Assembly: GCF_009914755.1 (NCBI RefSeq)
Contig: NC_060929.1
Origin: the human T2T-CHM13v2.0 reference genome, Homo sapiens
Reading direction: 5' to 3' (one strand)
Length of the DNA stretch: 64,000 nucleotides
Part shown: one piece after another, positions 1 through 14,608 of the stretch
Numbering within the stretch: the first letter of the stretch is position 1
Layout: each line of letters begins with the position of its first letter
Notes under the pieces: generated by a model
The model's database searches: none
Told to the model about the DNA's origin: nothing
What the model saw: the letters and a program-made list of their open reading frames with translations, nothing else
Translations under genes and position numbers: made by a program

Positions 1-32
1 TATATATGTATGTGTGTGTGTTTATATCTATG

Positions 33-585
33 AAGTAGTGTCCCCTAATTCATAGAGGATATGTTCCAGGGCACCCAGTGGATGCCTGAAACCATGAATA
101 GTATTGAACCCTATACACACTCTGTTTTTCCTATACATACATACTATAATAAATTTTAACTTATAAATAAGGCATAGTAAGAAATTACCAAAAATAACTA
201 CTGATAAAATAGAAAAAATATAGCAATATACTGTAATAAAAGTTATGTGAATGCGGTCTCTCTCTCTCTCTGAAAATATTTTATTTTGCTGTACTCATCC
301 TTCTGGTGATTTGTCAATGTGATAACTTAGATGGCTACTAACTACAGGATGGGTAGCATATACAACATGGATTCGCTGGACAAAGAGATGATTCGTGTCC
401 TGGACAGGACAAAGCAGGATGGCATGAGATTTCATCACATTACTCAGAACAGGGCACAATTTAAAACTTATGAATTCTTTATTTCTATTGTACATTCTTC
501 CATTTATTTAACATTTTTGATAGTGATTGAGTGTGGGTAACTGAAATCACAGAAAGTGAAACTGTGACTAAGGAGAGACTGATGT
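33..585. mobile_element. MER44-family (Tigger7-derived) non-autonomous DNA transposon
   Basis: Degenerate terminal inverted repeats (agtagtgtcccctaattc ... gactaaggagagactgatg) and MER44 internal motifs cccagtggatgcctgaaacc and gagatttcatcacattactcagaac. Confidence 0.85.
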
Positions 586-997
586 CCTTATATATATTTA
601 ATAATTGTCCTTTATTGGTTAGAATCATCTTTCTAAATATTAATACCATTGTATTAATATATAATCCATGAGGGCAGAATCTATGGGTTCAACTATTTAT
701 ATACATGCATTTTAGTGTTGCTGAATACATTACAGATACTCATTGAATATTAGTTTAGTTGGAACAAGACATTATTGCTACAGATATTTGTTACAACATT
801 GAACAAAATAATCAACAACAGTTTCATGTACAGCCCTTGTCTATTACAAGTGGGTTTAGTTTTATCTTTTCATGGTATAAAGGGATTTTAGGAAACCCTC
901 CTATGATAAAAATGTATCTTGTTTTGCTGCTAGCAGAAAAAAAGGTAGAAAATATAGATCTATTAAAGAATCTGATTGGGGCATTTTGTTAAACCAA

Positions 998-1324
998 TTT
1001 TTTTGTTTGTTTGTTTTTAGAAACAGTGTCTTGGTTTGTTGCCCAAGCAGGCAGGCATGCAGTGAAGCAATGAAGACTCATTGCAACCTTGACTTCCAGG
1101 GGTGAAGCAATCATCTTGCTTCAGCCTCCTGAGTAGCTGAGACTACAAGTGTGAGCCATCATGGCCAGCTAATTTTTATTTTTTTATTTTTGTTGTTTGT
1201 AGAGACAGGGTCTTGCTTTGTTGCATAGGCTTATCATCTCAAACTCCTAGACTTCAAGCAATCCTCCCACCTTGGCATCCCAGTGTGTTGGTATTATTAC
1301 AGGCGTGAGGCACTATGATTGGCC
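998..1324 (-). mobile_element. AluJ-like SINE
   Basis: T-rich tail then dimeric Alu reverse complement with old-subfamily features (aagcaatcctcccaccttggc). Confidence 0.9.
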
Positions 1325-1489
1325 ACCAACCTAATTTTGATAGCAAGAATGATTTGGGAAATGTATAGAATATCTGAAAGTTCTAAATTTAAATATCCAC
1401 AGACAATATTACCTATGGGAATATATTGCTTATGAAATTACACCAGTGGTCTTCTTATCTCATTTTTTTTAACAGAGATATTAGCCTAT

Positions 1490-3293
1490 GGGAAAATATC
1501 CTTTCAGCCCATGCCTTCTTATTACCAGTAGGCTCTTATAGCTATCATGCCCACCTTGATTTTGGCAATTAACTATGTTACTTGGCCTCTGCTATTCTGG
1601 GAATCTATGCTGACAATGAAAATCAGCAAACCCATTTCTAGGCAGCATCCCAAATGGTCCTATCTAGCCTACAAAAGAGAGCAACTAAGGGGCTTTCAAG
1701 GAAGTATCTGCTCCCTTCACTAAGGAATTTTTAATGCCTAGTGAAGGGAATGTCTCTGTACCTTCTTACAGAATATAGTGAGAAGGAAAAAGAAACATCA
1801 TAACTCCCAAATTCCTACATGCTTAAGGTTTTGGAAACCCTCATTTATATCATCCCAGGTAAGTTCCAGCATCTCAAGCTCATTAAATGTAGGCCACCAC
1901 TGTGTCCAAGTTTTATTCATCAGAATAATAAGCTACCTGAGCCACCTTCAGTGTATGAGGTAATACACGAGATTCAGAATCTCTAGTAAGTTCACTTACA
2001 TAAATAGCATGTTTTCCTTCTTCAGTTGGCTAACATGTTCCCAGTTTTCTGCAGATATATTAGCCAAGTCTTGACATTATTTTGGTGTCTAAGTTTTCTC
2101 CTTTTGGATGGGTAATATTAAGTATCTTTCTCCTTGGAGCATCGTGAGTTTTAGCACTGTTATGTATCTCCTAGTAACAGGCAACAGGCTGTGATTGAGG
2201 TAAGTCTTGATTAGAATTGGTACCTATCTCCTTTTCAGGACATAAGATTTTCAAGCAAAGAATTCCAGTTTTATCAGACACAGGAGGGTCATTCACTTCC
2301 ACTGACAAATGAGGCTCAGGGTGATATAAAGGAGTAAGATGATTGGTTTCATCTGGCTCTACCAGATGTTTCCATTACAAGTTTTAGTGTGTTTTAACCT
2401 ATACCCTAACTTTAATGTAGATATTTGGTGAGACAGAAGCCAACTAACATTGTAACTCATCAGTCCGCACAATTACATTTTTTATATTTGATGTTTTCTT
2501 CATCTTTTATCTTTAATTTTTGTGTGTGTGAGAGAGAGAGAGGGTCAGGGTTTCGCTCTGTCATCCAGGCTGGAGTGTAGTGGTGTGATCTCGGTTCAGT
2601 GAAGCCTCGACCTCCTGGGGTTCAAGCAATCCTCCTACCTCAGCCTTCTGAGTAGCTGGGATTATGGGCATGCACCACCATGCCTAGCTAATATTTTTGT
2701 TTATGTAGAAATGGTGTTTCACCACATCTTCCAGGCTTGTCTCAAACTCATGAGTTCAAGTGATCCATGCCCCCTTGGCCTCCCAAAGTGTTGAGATTAC
2801 AGGCACGAGCCACTGTACCTAGATATATCTTTGATTTTTTGGCAATAGCAGACCTGTGACTACTAGAAAAATACTACTATTATTCTTTTATATTTTCTCA
2901 AGCAAGTACCCTAAATTTCATACTGTGAATTGGGGTGAGAGTTAAGGAACGTGACCTTGTCATTTACTTTCTATTAACCCTGCAGTTCATACAGAAGAAT
3001 CCATCTCATACCACAGTCCTCATAAGTTCTTGAAGCAATCTCTACTACAATGACAGTGACGTAAGCAGTCACTTGCACTCCCTAGGCAGTTACTTTAGTG
3101 GCAATTCAGCACAATTTAACACAGATGATAGTTTGATTAATTGTGTTGCCACTGAATGTCCTGGATTATTAGCATCCAAATTACAATTATCAAGGAATTT
3201 AGCAGTATGTTCAAACCCAAGGACATAACCAAACTCATCCCAAATTCCCATCTTCATCAGAGTGTGTTCTGAGACCGCTACTACTACCAATTC
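1490..3293 (-). mobile_element. ERVL/MaLR-type internal region (decayed gag), interrupted by an Alu
   Basis: Minus strand resembles ERVL gag (gattcccagaatagcagaggccaagt...caaggtgggc; NNPGHSVATQLIKLSSV in ORF 3090-3290). Begins with PBS-like aattggtagtagtagcggt next to the LTR. Confidence 0.7.
2517..2823 (-). mobile_element. AluJ-like SINE
   Basis: Dimeric Alu with tail decayed to (TG)(AG); possible TSD tatctttaatttt 2508-2520 / tatctttgatttt 2826-2838. Confidence 0.9.
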
Positions 3294-3913
3294 TGTATCA
3301 GTCAGGGTCCATTCAAGAGAAAGAAACTAGACAGTGTATTTGAATAGGGGGAGTTAATAAATAATGAATATTTATTAACTAGTAATAAAGATTAACTAAT
3401 AAGGTGTAAATAGAACTTTAGAGAATAAGGAAATATTAGATAAAGGGAATAGCCACTACCAATGTGGCTGAGACAGAACACTCAAGGAAGGAAATTTTTT
3501 GAAGGACATTCCCCTACACATAGCTAAGATTCAGATCTGATTGGAGGTGGTGTGGCCGTAGCCACTGAATAGTAGAAAATTTTACTATGTTACTGAAAGC
3601 AAAGGTAGGCAAGCAGAAAATTCTGGGCTGGGCTGTCAATTGCAAGCTGGAAACTCTCCAGGAAGTTGCCCAAAGAGTTGCTGCTGAGCTAACGAGACGA
3701 CAGTTATAATACTTGCAAAACTGATTGGGAAGCTGCTTGTGATCGTGTGACTGAAACTTACTGCAGGTGGTCACCACTGAGTGCTTAGCATGCTGCCCAA
3801 TTAGCATGCCAGCTGGCAAAATACAAATGCTTATAAATTCAAGCTCTCATATTGCAAGCAGGGCAATAAAAAGTGTATTTGGAGCTGAGAGAAAATAAAT
3901 TAATAATTGGCAC
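3294..3913 (-). mobile_element. ERVL LTR (LTR40/41/52-like), 5' LTR of the adjacent internal remnant
   Basis: TG...CA ends; minus strand starts tgtgccaattattaatttattttctctcagctccaaat and ends gaccctgactgataca. Confidence 0.75.
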
Positions 3914-3954
3914 AGAAGCCAAATTAGAGTTGGTCTACCTGTTTAAATTAATTA

Positions 3955-5562
3955 ACAGGAATTTTGAAATAACGATGATAAGCATGTCGAAAAAATAGTG
4001 AAAAATGTAATCGTGTAAAAACTATGTATATACATATGTAGAATAACATTAGTAATATAGAAAATATTTTTAAACCATATGGAAATTTTAGAATAAAAAT
4101 GCAATATAACAAATAAAGATGAACAATTACTTAATGGAGGCCTGGCACAAGTAGATTAATATTTCAACCAAATGGATGACAAGTCAATAGGAATTAGAAA
4201 TTATCCATAAAAAAAGTGAACAAACCAAAAAAATGGAGAAAGAATGCAAAGACTTCTGAGTCTGTAAATAATATCAAATGGTCAAACATGGATTTTGGAA
4301 TTCCCAAAAGAGAGAGGAGTGACAATTTTGCAGAAGATGTATTTAAATATGTAGTGGCTAAGCATTTTTAAATAATTTTGAAATGTCAGTTCCCTTTAAT
4401 TCAGTCTACAAATTTATTACAATCCAATGCAATCTCAGTAGAATTTGTATAGAGATTTTGCAAGATGAATTATAAATGTATATTAAAATGATTTATTATA
4501 GCTAAAAAAATCTTTAAAATGGAAGAATTACACTACTTAATTTTAAGTCTTATTATAAAGCTACGATGACCAAGACAAATGAATAGTTTAGAAATAGACC
4601 TGGATATATAGTCAATTGTTTTATGATGAGGCACTCAATCAAGTCAACAGGTGTACAAAAAATCTTTTGAACAATGGTGTTAGAAAAACTGGATAACTGT
4701 GTGGATAAAATGAAACTTCAATTTCTATCTCAGTATATGTACAAAAATGAATTTGAGATAGATTTTACATACAAATCAAAAAAACTAAAATATAAAACTT
4801 ACAGAGGAAAATACACAAGGATATTTTCTTGATTTTAGAGATGTAAAAATTAACACAGAAAACAAAAAATACTAATGAAAAGAAACAATCTAATAATGAT
4901 AATTCTGGTCATCAAAATATAAATAAAATTTGTCCAGACACTGACATACAGAAGAATGTATATAAGTCTTCATAGTAGATGTAAATTTGAAATAATGCAA
5001 ATATTCATCAACAGAAAAAAGGATAACATTTTGCTATATGTCCAACAATAAAGAGAAATGGACAACTATACACACAAATATATGATTGAGTTTCCACAAC
5101 TATTACATTGATAAAAAGAATCTTTGTTCTACCCATATAGAAGAAAAGTTATATATGTACATATATATAGAATATATATGTATGAGAACTATATATACCC
5201 TATATACATAGTCTTCTTATTTATTATATAGAATAGTCTTATTTCATATATATAGGGTATATATAATTCTCATATATATGAGTTCTCCATATATCCTCTC
5301 ATATATATATTCTCATATATATGAGATTCAAAGTCAAGTAATTTAAATATCCTAAAGCAGTTGCCTCCAGCAACAGAAAGGGTGACTTGTTTCCAGTGAT
5401 GTGAGGAAGCTTTATGAAAGAAATGGTTTATATTTTGTTTTGCATGGTGGTTACACAGATTTAAGAAACTGTCAAAACTCAGCAATTATTCATTAAACCA
5501 ACTACTTAAAATCTTTGCATTTTATTTCATGTGAATTTATCTCAGTAAAAAACAGAAAATAA
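3955..5562 (+). mobile_element. Old LINE-1 (L1ME-like): ORF1/ORF2 fragments and 3' end
   Basis: A-rich L1 motifs (gaattacactacttaattttaagtcttattataaagct) and L1ME-type 3' end ggtggttacacag...gtcaaaactca...tatctcagtaaaa. Confidence 0.75.
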
Positions 5563-8500
5563 AACCCCTGCACAAAGCAGTAAAAAATATATTATTGAAA
5601 ATATCAAACTTTATTCAAAGGAATCTTTTTCCCTTCATTCTCCTGGTTATAACCTGTAATGAGCAATTCCTCAGTTTGGAGAAATGAGATATATTTAATT
5701 GTAAGATTTCAGTCTTCCTTTCCTTTTACCTCTGTCTTTCCATATTTGTTGATTTAGGTTTCTGAAATTTTCAAAATAGTGAAAGAAAAGAGTGATAAAT
5801 GAATAATGTAATTTTTGTTTGACTGGTTGACTTTTCACTTTCTAATGGCTAAAATATTTCAGAAGAATCCTTTTTTTTTTCTTTTTCTTTCCAACTCAAA
5901 GACATTTTTTGGACTGTGTAAAGCTACCTTGGCTTAAAATATACATAATCTTGAGTCTCTATCTTGATAGCTTGGTTTATCTGGCCACCCTCTTGTTCCA
6001 CAGTCACAGTCTTGTGTCCAAGATGTCAAATGGTTTCAGGCCGGCTTTGTCTCGCAAATGGTTCGCATTTACAGAAGGTTACTTCTATAACCTTCATCTC
6101 AAAACTATCTGAGAAGCCGTTCTCTATACAGCCAACTCTGTCCAGTTTTTAGTTGCAGCTTTAGCTCTGTTAGGCACGAGTCAAAGAAACAGACTTCTGG
6201 GTCCTCTAAACGAAGACCATGTGTTTCAAAAGCTTAAGGGAATCCCTGGGAGTTTTCATCACCGCAGTGTGAAGGAGGTAGCTCCAACCTCTCCTTTCTC
6301 ACTCTCCAAGAAAATCTGTTTAAGCTATCCTATCCCCGCTGTTCACTCTGTTCAATCAACTTCCTCATATTCTGGGTGAGAGATTCTAGAGTACTGAAAA
6401 CAATTAAATACATTTTATTACATTAATGTTTTGAGATATGTCTATATCCATTTCAATATTACAACAATATCTATAGCTATAAATTGAAATCAGATGCAAC
6501 AGATTGAAATTAGGTGATTGTGGATGAGATGGATCATGCCTTATAACACATGTTGAACTAAATTGGGATGATTATAACTGGATGACGTGATACCTATTAT
6601 GTGACTTAATACTTTTTCATAAGTATTTTTGTTATTAAATATATTTAAAAATGTTTTCATTGACTACAAAACAATACTTTCATTGGGTAGACATAGTACT
6701 TTTGTGTGTCTATGTGTGTGGTAGTATTAATGTTGTAATTATTTTCATATTCATAGATAGTCAAGCTATTTTCCATGGGTTTGTCATACATGACTCTCTT
6801 ATTTCTTAAAATTCCAGACTATGGAAAGAAAAGTAACAACCAGTGGTGAGAGAGAATCAAAAATCGCTATTTTGATAAGAGAGTTACGATGTTTTAACCA
6901 CTGCTTCCCTCACTCTTTAGGATTTTCTCTCTGATTAAACAAAACAATCTAACACAATTCTGATATTAGTCATTTACCTTTTAATAATACTGAATTTTCA
7001 ATTTAAATTTTGCTTGACTTTTTCATTGGAGATTTTTCATGATATGCTATGGATACCTGAAAATCAGACATGGATAGACTTCACTTTGATGACCACAAGC
7101 TTACATTTTAATGGTTTTCATAGCAAATGAACCATCAGTTATATTATGCATTGAATCAAGTTTTAATATATATTTTATTTTCTAACTACAAGTTTTAAAA
7201 TGTCTCCTTTTATGAAAAATATATTCAGAGTTCAAGCAACTGATTTTAAAATATAATTTTGATATGTGCTTTAGTCATATGTTGGAGACTACCTATTATT
7301 TAATTGTTTCTCTAGAGCCATAACTGGCAATGCAGAGATACCAACTTGCATGAATAAAAGAAAATGGCAAATGGAGACTGTGGACAGGGCAAGCTAAAAC
7401 TAAACCTATGAAGAATGTATTAAAGTAATTAAACCTCTATCTTGTTAGACTAAAACTGTTTCACATAGATAATTGACTATGATAAAAACAATAACATATA
7501 ACACTTAGGTAGATTTTGATGACATTACCTTGATCTTACCTTAAACTTTAATGTAACAAAAAGATACATTAGACTGAGAATGAGAAAAGCAAATACAATA
7601 AAAATATATCATATTTCAACATTAGAACAAAGTCTTGATATGCTAATCTTTTGTAGAATATACAGAAGGGGTAGTACTACAATATATTTAGTTATTTGGT
7701 GATGCTGTCGAATCTTGGATGAATCGAAATCTTTCCTTATGACAATGAGCTCATATCAAATCAAACTTCAGAAAGCAGCAAGCAAAGTCATGCCAGTGTT
7801 CCCATTTGTGCAAAGCCTCCTATTAGGTCAACAATAGGTTTTACATTCCAAGATGGTAGAATGAGTAAGTATTCAGTTAACATGGTTAGTACAAAGTGAA
7901 TTTATTTTCTATTAGTTTTATTTAGTTATTTTAACCAAAGTCTTAATTTTCCTATGAGAATGTCTCAGGGATAAGGAGAGATGTTTCAATACTCATAGAG
8001 GAATAAAATATATTTTAAGTAAATTATCTTGAAGAAAGAATCCAATGACATTGTCTAAATGCTTCAAATATTTATTCTGATAATAAAGACAACTAAATGA
8101 TTGCTAACCAGATAGTGTCTCCTTTTTAGATGAATTACCAAATATTATGACTATCTTAATAACGTACTTAAAGTTTCATGTGAAATATTACAGAAAAAGT
8201 TTTTAAAATATTTTGAAACAATTATTTAAAAAAACAATTATTTTCTGTATATTAAGAACACATTGAGTTTCCACATACCAACATAAGAAATAGTTTAAAT
8301 ATAAATTGCCTAATATAATTTTTTAAATTTTACTTATCCCTTTTTATTTTTGTTTATTCACTTTAAGGTTATTTGAAGCAGGAAGATAAATTTAACTACA
8401 TGTGATAACCATGATAATACTGTAATACAGTTATATAGTACTCTACATTCATCACAAAGCTTCTACAGATACTGATATTCAGCACCTAGGTATGATACAT

Positions 8501-8897
8501 AGTGCTGGATTAATATTTTAATTTGGCATAATGTGAAAAATGAAGCTCAGAGAAGATTTTTACAGGATCATTAAAAGGTGAAAGTAGAAATGTTTGATAT
8601 ATATCTGAGATTAAGATAATCTTCACATTTTATATGAATATATATGCATTATTTTTCAAATAAATTCCATGGTCTTAAGCATGTTTATAGAAGTAGATAA
8701 AATATTTCAAATCAGAACTGTGTGGAAAACACTGCATGTGTCACTTTTTCCCTTTTGCCCTTGAAAAACGGTACTTTCTTTACCATTAAAACAAGCACTT
8801 ACCAAAAATTTGGCTTTTATCAAATAAATATTCATTAATCCATGGATTCACTTATTCAGTTCTCTTCTGTCTCCATAACCTCATAATGAAATTTTCC

Positions 8898-9017
8898 TAC
8901 TATAGTGTAAGTTCCATAGAGCAGGAATTTTGTCTGTTTTGTTTGCTGATATATTCTTATCATCTAATAAGGCCTATATGCATTTGTTGAAACTGTTGAA
9001 ACTTACAAACGAATGAA
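8898..9017 (+). mobile_element. L2 3'-end fragment
   Basis: tagtgtaagttccatagagcaggaattttgtctgttttgtt ... catttgttgaa ... gaatgaa. Confidence 0.6.
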
Positions 9018-10626
9018 AAAAAGACAACAAATGAACTGAGCACACAAATACTTTCTGCTAGCATTTTTTAATTTTTTGAAGCAATTAAAGTTTTAAATCT
9101 CTTTGCAGCCTGTAGAAAACTTTCTGTTAAAGGATTAGGTTTCTGACCTACTCCCTCACCTCCTACTCCCTGTGGCAGCCGTATTTGTCAGTTAAACAAG
9201 AGATGCATTACTTCTAATTAAAAGAGCACATGTTTCAAGATAACCAATAGGTAAAGCAAAGATAAGGTACCAGTGGCTTGATAGATTACCAAGGTCTCCT
9301 AAGTAGCCCCCTTTTCTTATCTGTCATGAACATTTATCAAGGGTTTAACATCTGGCCTTGAAGTGTGACCGTGTGACCATAGGGAATCTCAGAGGCTGAT
9401 TATTTGATAGTGAGATGACATACTTACAGATCTTGACCCTGAAAACTCCAACAGTTTCTTGGATTGTGTAAATGTTATAGTTTTTTGGGAGTTTGAAATA
9501 TGCCACTCAAAATGACTCCTGATTACTTTTTATTTTTTCAGTCAAAACAGGATAAAATGAGTCTTACAATATAGATTATTGAGTCTGTTTTTGGCTAGAA
9601 CTGCAGGCACCAGGTCAAATGTAGGTTTTGCTATTCTCATTAACTCTATTAACATTGAGTCACAAGAGAAAAGAGAAATCATGGGGAATTCAATGTGCCA
9701 TTCAGAGAAAAACAGTGGATCCTGAAAATGTCGTACTCTTGTCTATTACTTTTTACTCAGCCGTCTCTCTTCAGTTTCTTCAGGCTGTCATAAAGAACCA
9801 TTTTCCTTGACACAAAGGTTCATTTGCTAGTTGGAAATTTTGGTTGGACATTCTGAATCAGGTATATAAGATGTTAAATCGTAAGACATTTGTGAGTAGA
9901 AGGGTGGGTGGGTGTGTGTGTGTGTATGTGCAAAGATGTTGAAATAGACCATTTAGAATAATAAAATAGTAAACACATAATATATTATTAAGCAATGATC
10001 TTCAAGTTAGGGTGCATGAAACTTGGAGTTACTTGAAGACATTCTATGGGAACACAGGAATAGATGGTTTTTAAAATAATTGTTGTCAGACCATAAATTC
10101 CCATAAATACGCTTCTATAAACTTAATCTTCATGAGAACAAACCAGTCTCCATTCCCTTCTTCCCTTAAGCTATCTCTCGTATCCACTTTAAAAAGAAAG
10201 GCTAACATTTCCTTCATTCTTAATATTATAATTGTGTGTTGCCATATTTTATAAAGGTCATCCAGGACAATAAAAAAATGATTCAAAATTTTAGTTCAGT
10301 TTCCAAAAAGTGAATGACACTTCTGACTCGTAACAAATACTTTTATGTATCATGTGGTTGCAAGATTCTTTGATTTCAACTAATTTAAAGAGAACCTGAT
10401 AAACGTTTTCACTTGATAAATTATTCAAAATAATTTCCTGGGTAAGATGTCACAATGTAATTTTTTTTATATACAACTCAGAAGACGTCCAAGAAATGTA
10501 CTGAAATTGCTCTTTAAAAAGTTTTCCCATTCTTATCTGTATTTTTGTTATAATCATTCATAATTATTTATATATACCACAAAGTAGAAATTATATTGAT
10601 CATAAATTATATGATATTAATCCACA

Positions 10627-10750
10627 TTTTTTTAAGAGATGAGAACTTGCTATTTTGCCCACACTGGACTGGAACTGCTGGGCTCAGGCAATCCTTTCAT
10701 CTCTGCCTCCCAAGCAGCTGGAACTACAGGCATACGCCAGTGTACCCAGC
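10627..10750 (-). mobile_element. FLAM-type Alu monomer
   Basis: About 125-bp single left-arm Alu with T tail. Confidence 0.8.
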
Positions 10751-11156
10751 AGATAATTTTAACAAGGAAAATAAATCCATCTATTTCACCGAGACCTTTT
10801 TATAATTAATAATGATAACAATGTATAATAATTTTATCGTTTATGTACTGATAATACCCATTAGGACAATCTAGGAAAAAAGTTGAACTTTGAATCATAA
10901 AAACACAGAAAAAGATGATTTTACATGTAGTTTTATTGTAATAAATTATTAAGTTTAATTAGTAAAATACTTGAGGACATAGTTGTATTAGAATACTATT
11001 CCATGGGAAAAAAGTTTAAAAAAATAGAAAAAAATTAAGAAGAAAAAAGATGGAAAATGCTTGTCAACAGAGAGTTTTTCAATTATTTTTAAATTGATAA
11101 TACACTAATATATCAATATTTGTAATATGCTGGAATTTATAACTTTGCAACTATAA

Positions 11157-11573
<417 letters not shown>

Positions 11574-11586
11574 TGAAAGTCCCTGA

Positions 11587-12020
11587 GGACAGACACTGCT
11601 AATTGTTTGCCACTTCACATTCTTCACCTTCTTGTCATAATATAACTCCTGATGTTATCAAGCTAAATGATGCAGCTGGAGATTCCATTTGCCCCTTCTA
11701 ATGGATCTAGCTGTGCCTGTGCCACCAACAGAATGTGAGGTAAAGTGGTGTGTGTAACTTCTGCATTGTTACCCCGAGGGAAGTTAGTTGCCTTCTACTT
11801 TAGCTCTCAATCTTTCAACCTCTGGTATGTGGCAATGGCTGAGCAGTTATTTTGTACCCCAAAATGAAAATAATACATGAAAGAGAATGAGGCTATCAGA
11901 CAACAAGCCCTAGATAGCCTCATCTCTGATTTGTAAAATGAGTGAAATAACCTGTTTAATTTAAATTACTATTTGTAGTGTTTCTTATTGACAGCATCAA
12001 ATTATACATTCTAAGTAGTA
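11587..12020 (+). mobile_element. MLT1J-like MaLR LTR
   Basis: cagacactgctaattg start, caacagaatgtgaggtaaagtggtgtgtgtaacttctg core and MLT1-type 3' end. Confidence 0.65.
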
Positions 12021-12099
12021 GAATGCTACATGGCAATACATGCCGCATAGCAAAATAAATGGAAGGAGAATGCCTATATTATTTAAGATGTTAAAAATG

Positions 12100-12285
12100 C
12101 GAATGTAGTGTGTAGTACCTGGATATTGTACTGGATTGTACTGGGCATAATGAGCTTGGACTTCAGTCTTCACTTTGACATGATATGACTGTTTTCCTTG
12201 GACAAATAATTTTACTTCTCTAAAGCTATTTCCTCAATAAAGGAAACTGATTATATATTTTAAGGTCTTATTAGTTAAATTACAG
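12100..12285 (+). mobile_element. MIR fragment
   Basis: Degenerate MIR core ccttggacaaataattttacttctctaaagctatttcctca. Confidence 0.55.
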
Positions 12286-12924
12286 TGCTTTTTAAAATTT
12301 TTGTAGAGAAGACCAGGGAAAGTTTCAAGATAAGTTATTTAAATTGGGCCTTGAAAGATAATGTAATTGATGCCTCTCTAAGATCTAAATCATAGAGTAA
12401 AAGTATACATCTCCTGGAGTCCTCTAATAACTTACATAGGGGTAGAATAAATTGAGTTCATAGGACAATCGTATCTAAAGCTGAAATATGTATACTGAAT
12501 GAAGCAGCTATACTGAAATGCAAATGTTGCTTAATAGATTACTAACAATCTCCAACCTTTCCTTATATTTAAATGATCTTGTAATTTTGATTCTTAGCAG
12601 ACTCTAATATATAACACAAATAATACAGGCCGACAGTGATCATGAGCGTGATCAGGGTAACTAAATACATTTCATTCTATTACAAATAAATAAGGTCTTG
12701 GCTGTTGAATGTGAGAAAATTTGGAGTAAGAGGACTAGAAAACGAGATAAGTGATTCACAAGTTAATTTAAACACAGATAAAATGTTAGGTTTATAATCA
12801 GTACATTAGCTCTCTTAAATTCTAAGTGATTTAAATTATGTAAAATCACAAATTATTAAGCAAATTGATATCTGAAATCATTTACAATTTGTGTCAACCA
12901 CCTAGTAAAAGAAAAGGCAAGCTT

Positions 12925-13248
<324 letters not shown>

Positions 13249-13356
13249 CTATTGTATGTACCTATAATGTACCCAAGCTTTGTTATGAATTTTAATATGT
13301 TATTTAAAATTTAAAACAATACTGTAGAAAAAGAAATCCAAGACAACACTGTCACA

Positions 13357-13505
13357 TTATTTTTCCATGTTATTAGATAGGATTAAACTGAAAACTAGAG
13401 AATTAAATAACACCTCTAAAGTTGCAAAGCTAATAAGTACTGGTGTAGGATTAGTACTCAGGCCTATTGGACTCTGATATTTATGCTTTTCCACTGTCAC
13501 ACACT
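13357..13505 (-). mobile_element. MIR fragment
   Basis: aaactgaaaactagagaattaaataa...gctaataagt...ggattagtactcagg...atgcttttccactg. Confidence 0.6.
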
Positions 13506-13599
13506 CTCTTGCACTGAATTAACTTTTTTTGAACTCAGTCCATTCTTAGTTTTTCCACATAAATCTTTTGAGGAAACCACAAACTGTATCCATTTAGAA

Positions 13600-14076
13600 T
13601 ATGCAGTTTGAAAGGTTCTTACAGCTATAGACCATCAAGATGCAGATATTTCTATTTTCCTCAAAAGATTCCTCATGATCCTTTACAGTCTATAGCTCAT
13701 AACTCCCTTCCCCATCCTGCTCAGGCAGCAGGAACACTGATCTTTCCTGTCACTATAGATTGATCATTTTATGTTAATGAAATCTTAACGCATACACTTT
13801 TAGTTTCTGTGTCTTGAAACCTAATAATTTTAAGATTCATGTTATGTGTTTCATAGCTGTTTTCATTTTAGGAAGTATTTAGTTTTATGGGATATCACAG
13901 TTTATTTATTTAAGTATTGATGGACTTTTATGTTGTTTTCAGTATTGTCTATTATGAATAAAGCTTCTGTTCACATTTGGGTATAAGTATGTGTGTGAAT
14001 ATGTTTTCATTTCTCATGGGGAAATAATGCTTAGGAGAAGAATTGGATAGGTATATGGTTGACTTTTGAAGAAATG
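13600..14076 (-). mobile_element. Old L1 (L1ME/L1MD) 3' region
   Basis: ccatcaagatgcagatatttctatt, ttatgaataaagcttctg and atatgttttcatttctc motifs. Confidence 0.7.
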
Positions 14077-14089
14077 TATCCTGAATAGA

Positions 14090-14375
14090 GCTTGCAGGAG
14101 TGGAAACTGCTCTTGGTGAATCAGTGGGTATGTGGCGAGTCAAAGTGAAGACTTAGGACCTTACTGTGCACTACCATAGACTTTATAAACACTATACACT
14201 CAGGCTACTGAAAATTTATATAAATTTTTTTCTTTCTTCAATAAAAATTACCTGTAGCTTACTATAACTGTCACTTCATAAACTTTTAATTTTAAAAACT
14301 TTTTGACTCTTTTGTAAGGATAGCTTAAAATACAACACATTGTACAGCTGTACAAAAACATCCTTATTATATAAC

Positions 14376-14410
<35 letters not shown>

Positions 14411-14608
14411 TTTTTTTACTTTTTAAACTGTTTCGTTAATAAGGAAGACACAAACATGCACGTTAGCCTAGGCCTACACAAGGCCAGTATCATCAATATC
14501 ACTGTCTTCCACCCCCACATCTTGCCCCACTGAAGGTCTTCAGGAACAATCACATGCATGGAGCTGTCATACTTTATGATAACAATGCCTTCTTCTGGAA
14601 TATCTCCT
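14090..14608. mobile_element. Tigger3/Golem-type DNA transposon fragment with (TA)n at 14380-14409
   Basis: cacattgtacagctgtacaaaaa, ttagcctaggcctacaca, catgcatggagctgtcat...ataacaatgccttcttctggaat. Confidence 0.85.

Noticed and set aside
7692-7870. Possible exon ending at gtaagt
   Set aside because: Weak acceptor, no supporting reading frame; isolated donor-like motifs (also near 21308 and 49558) are expected by chance
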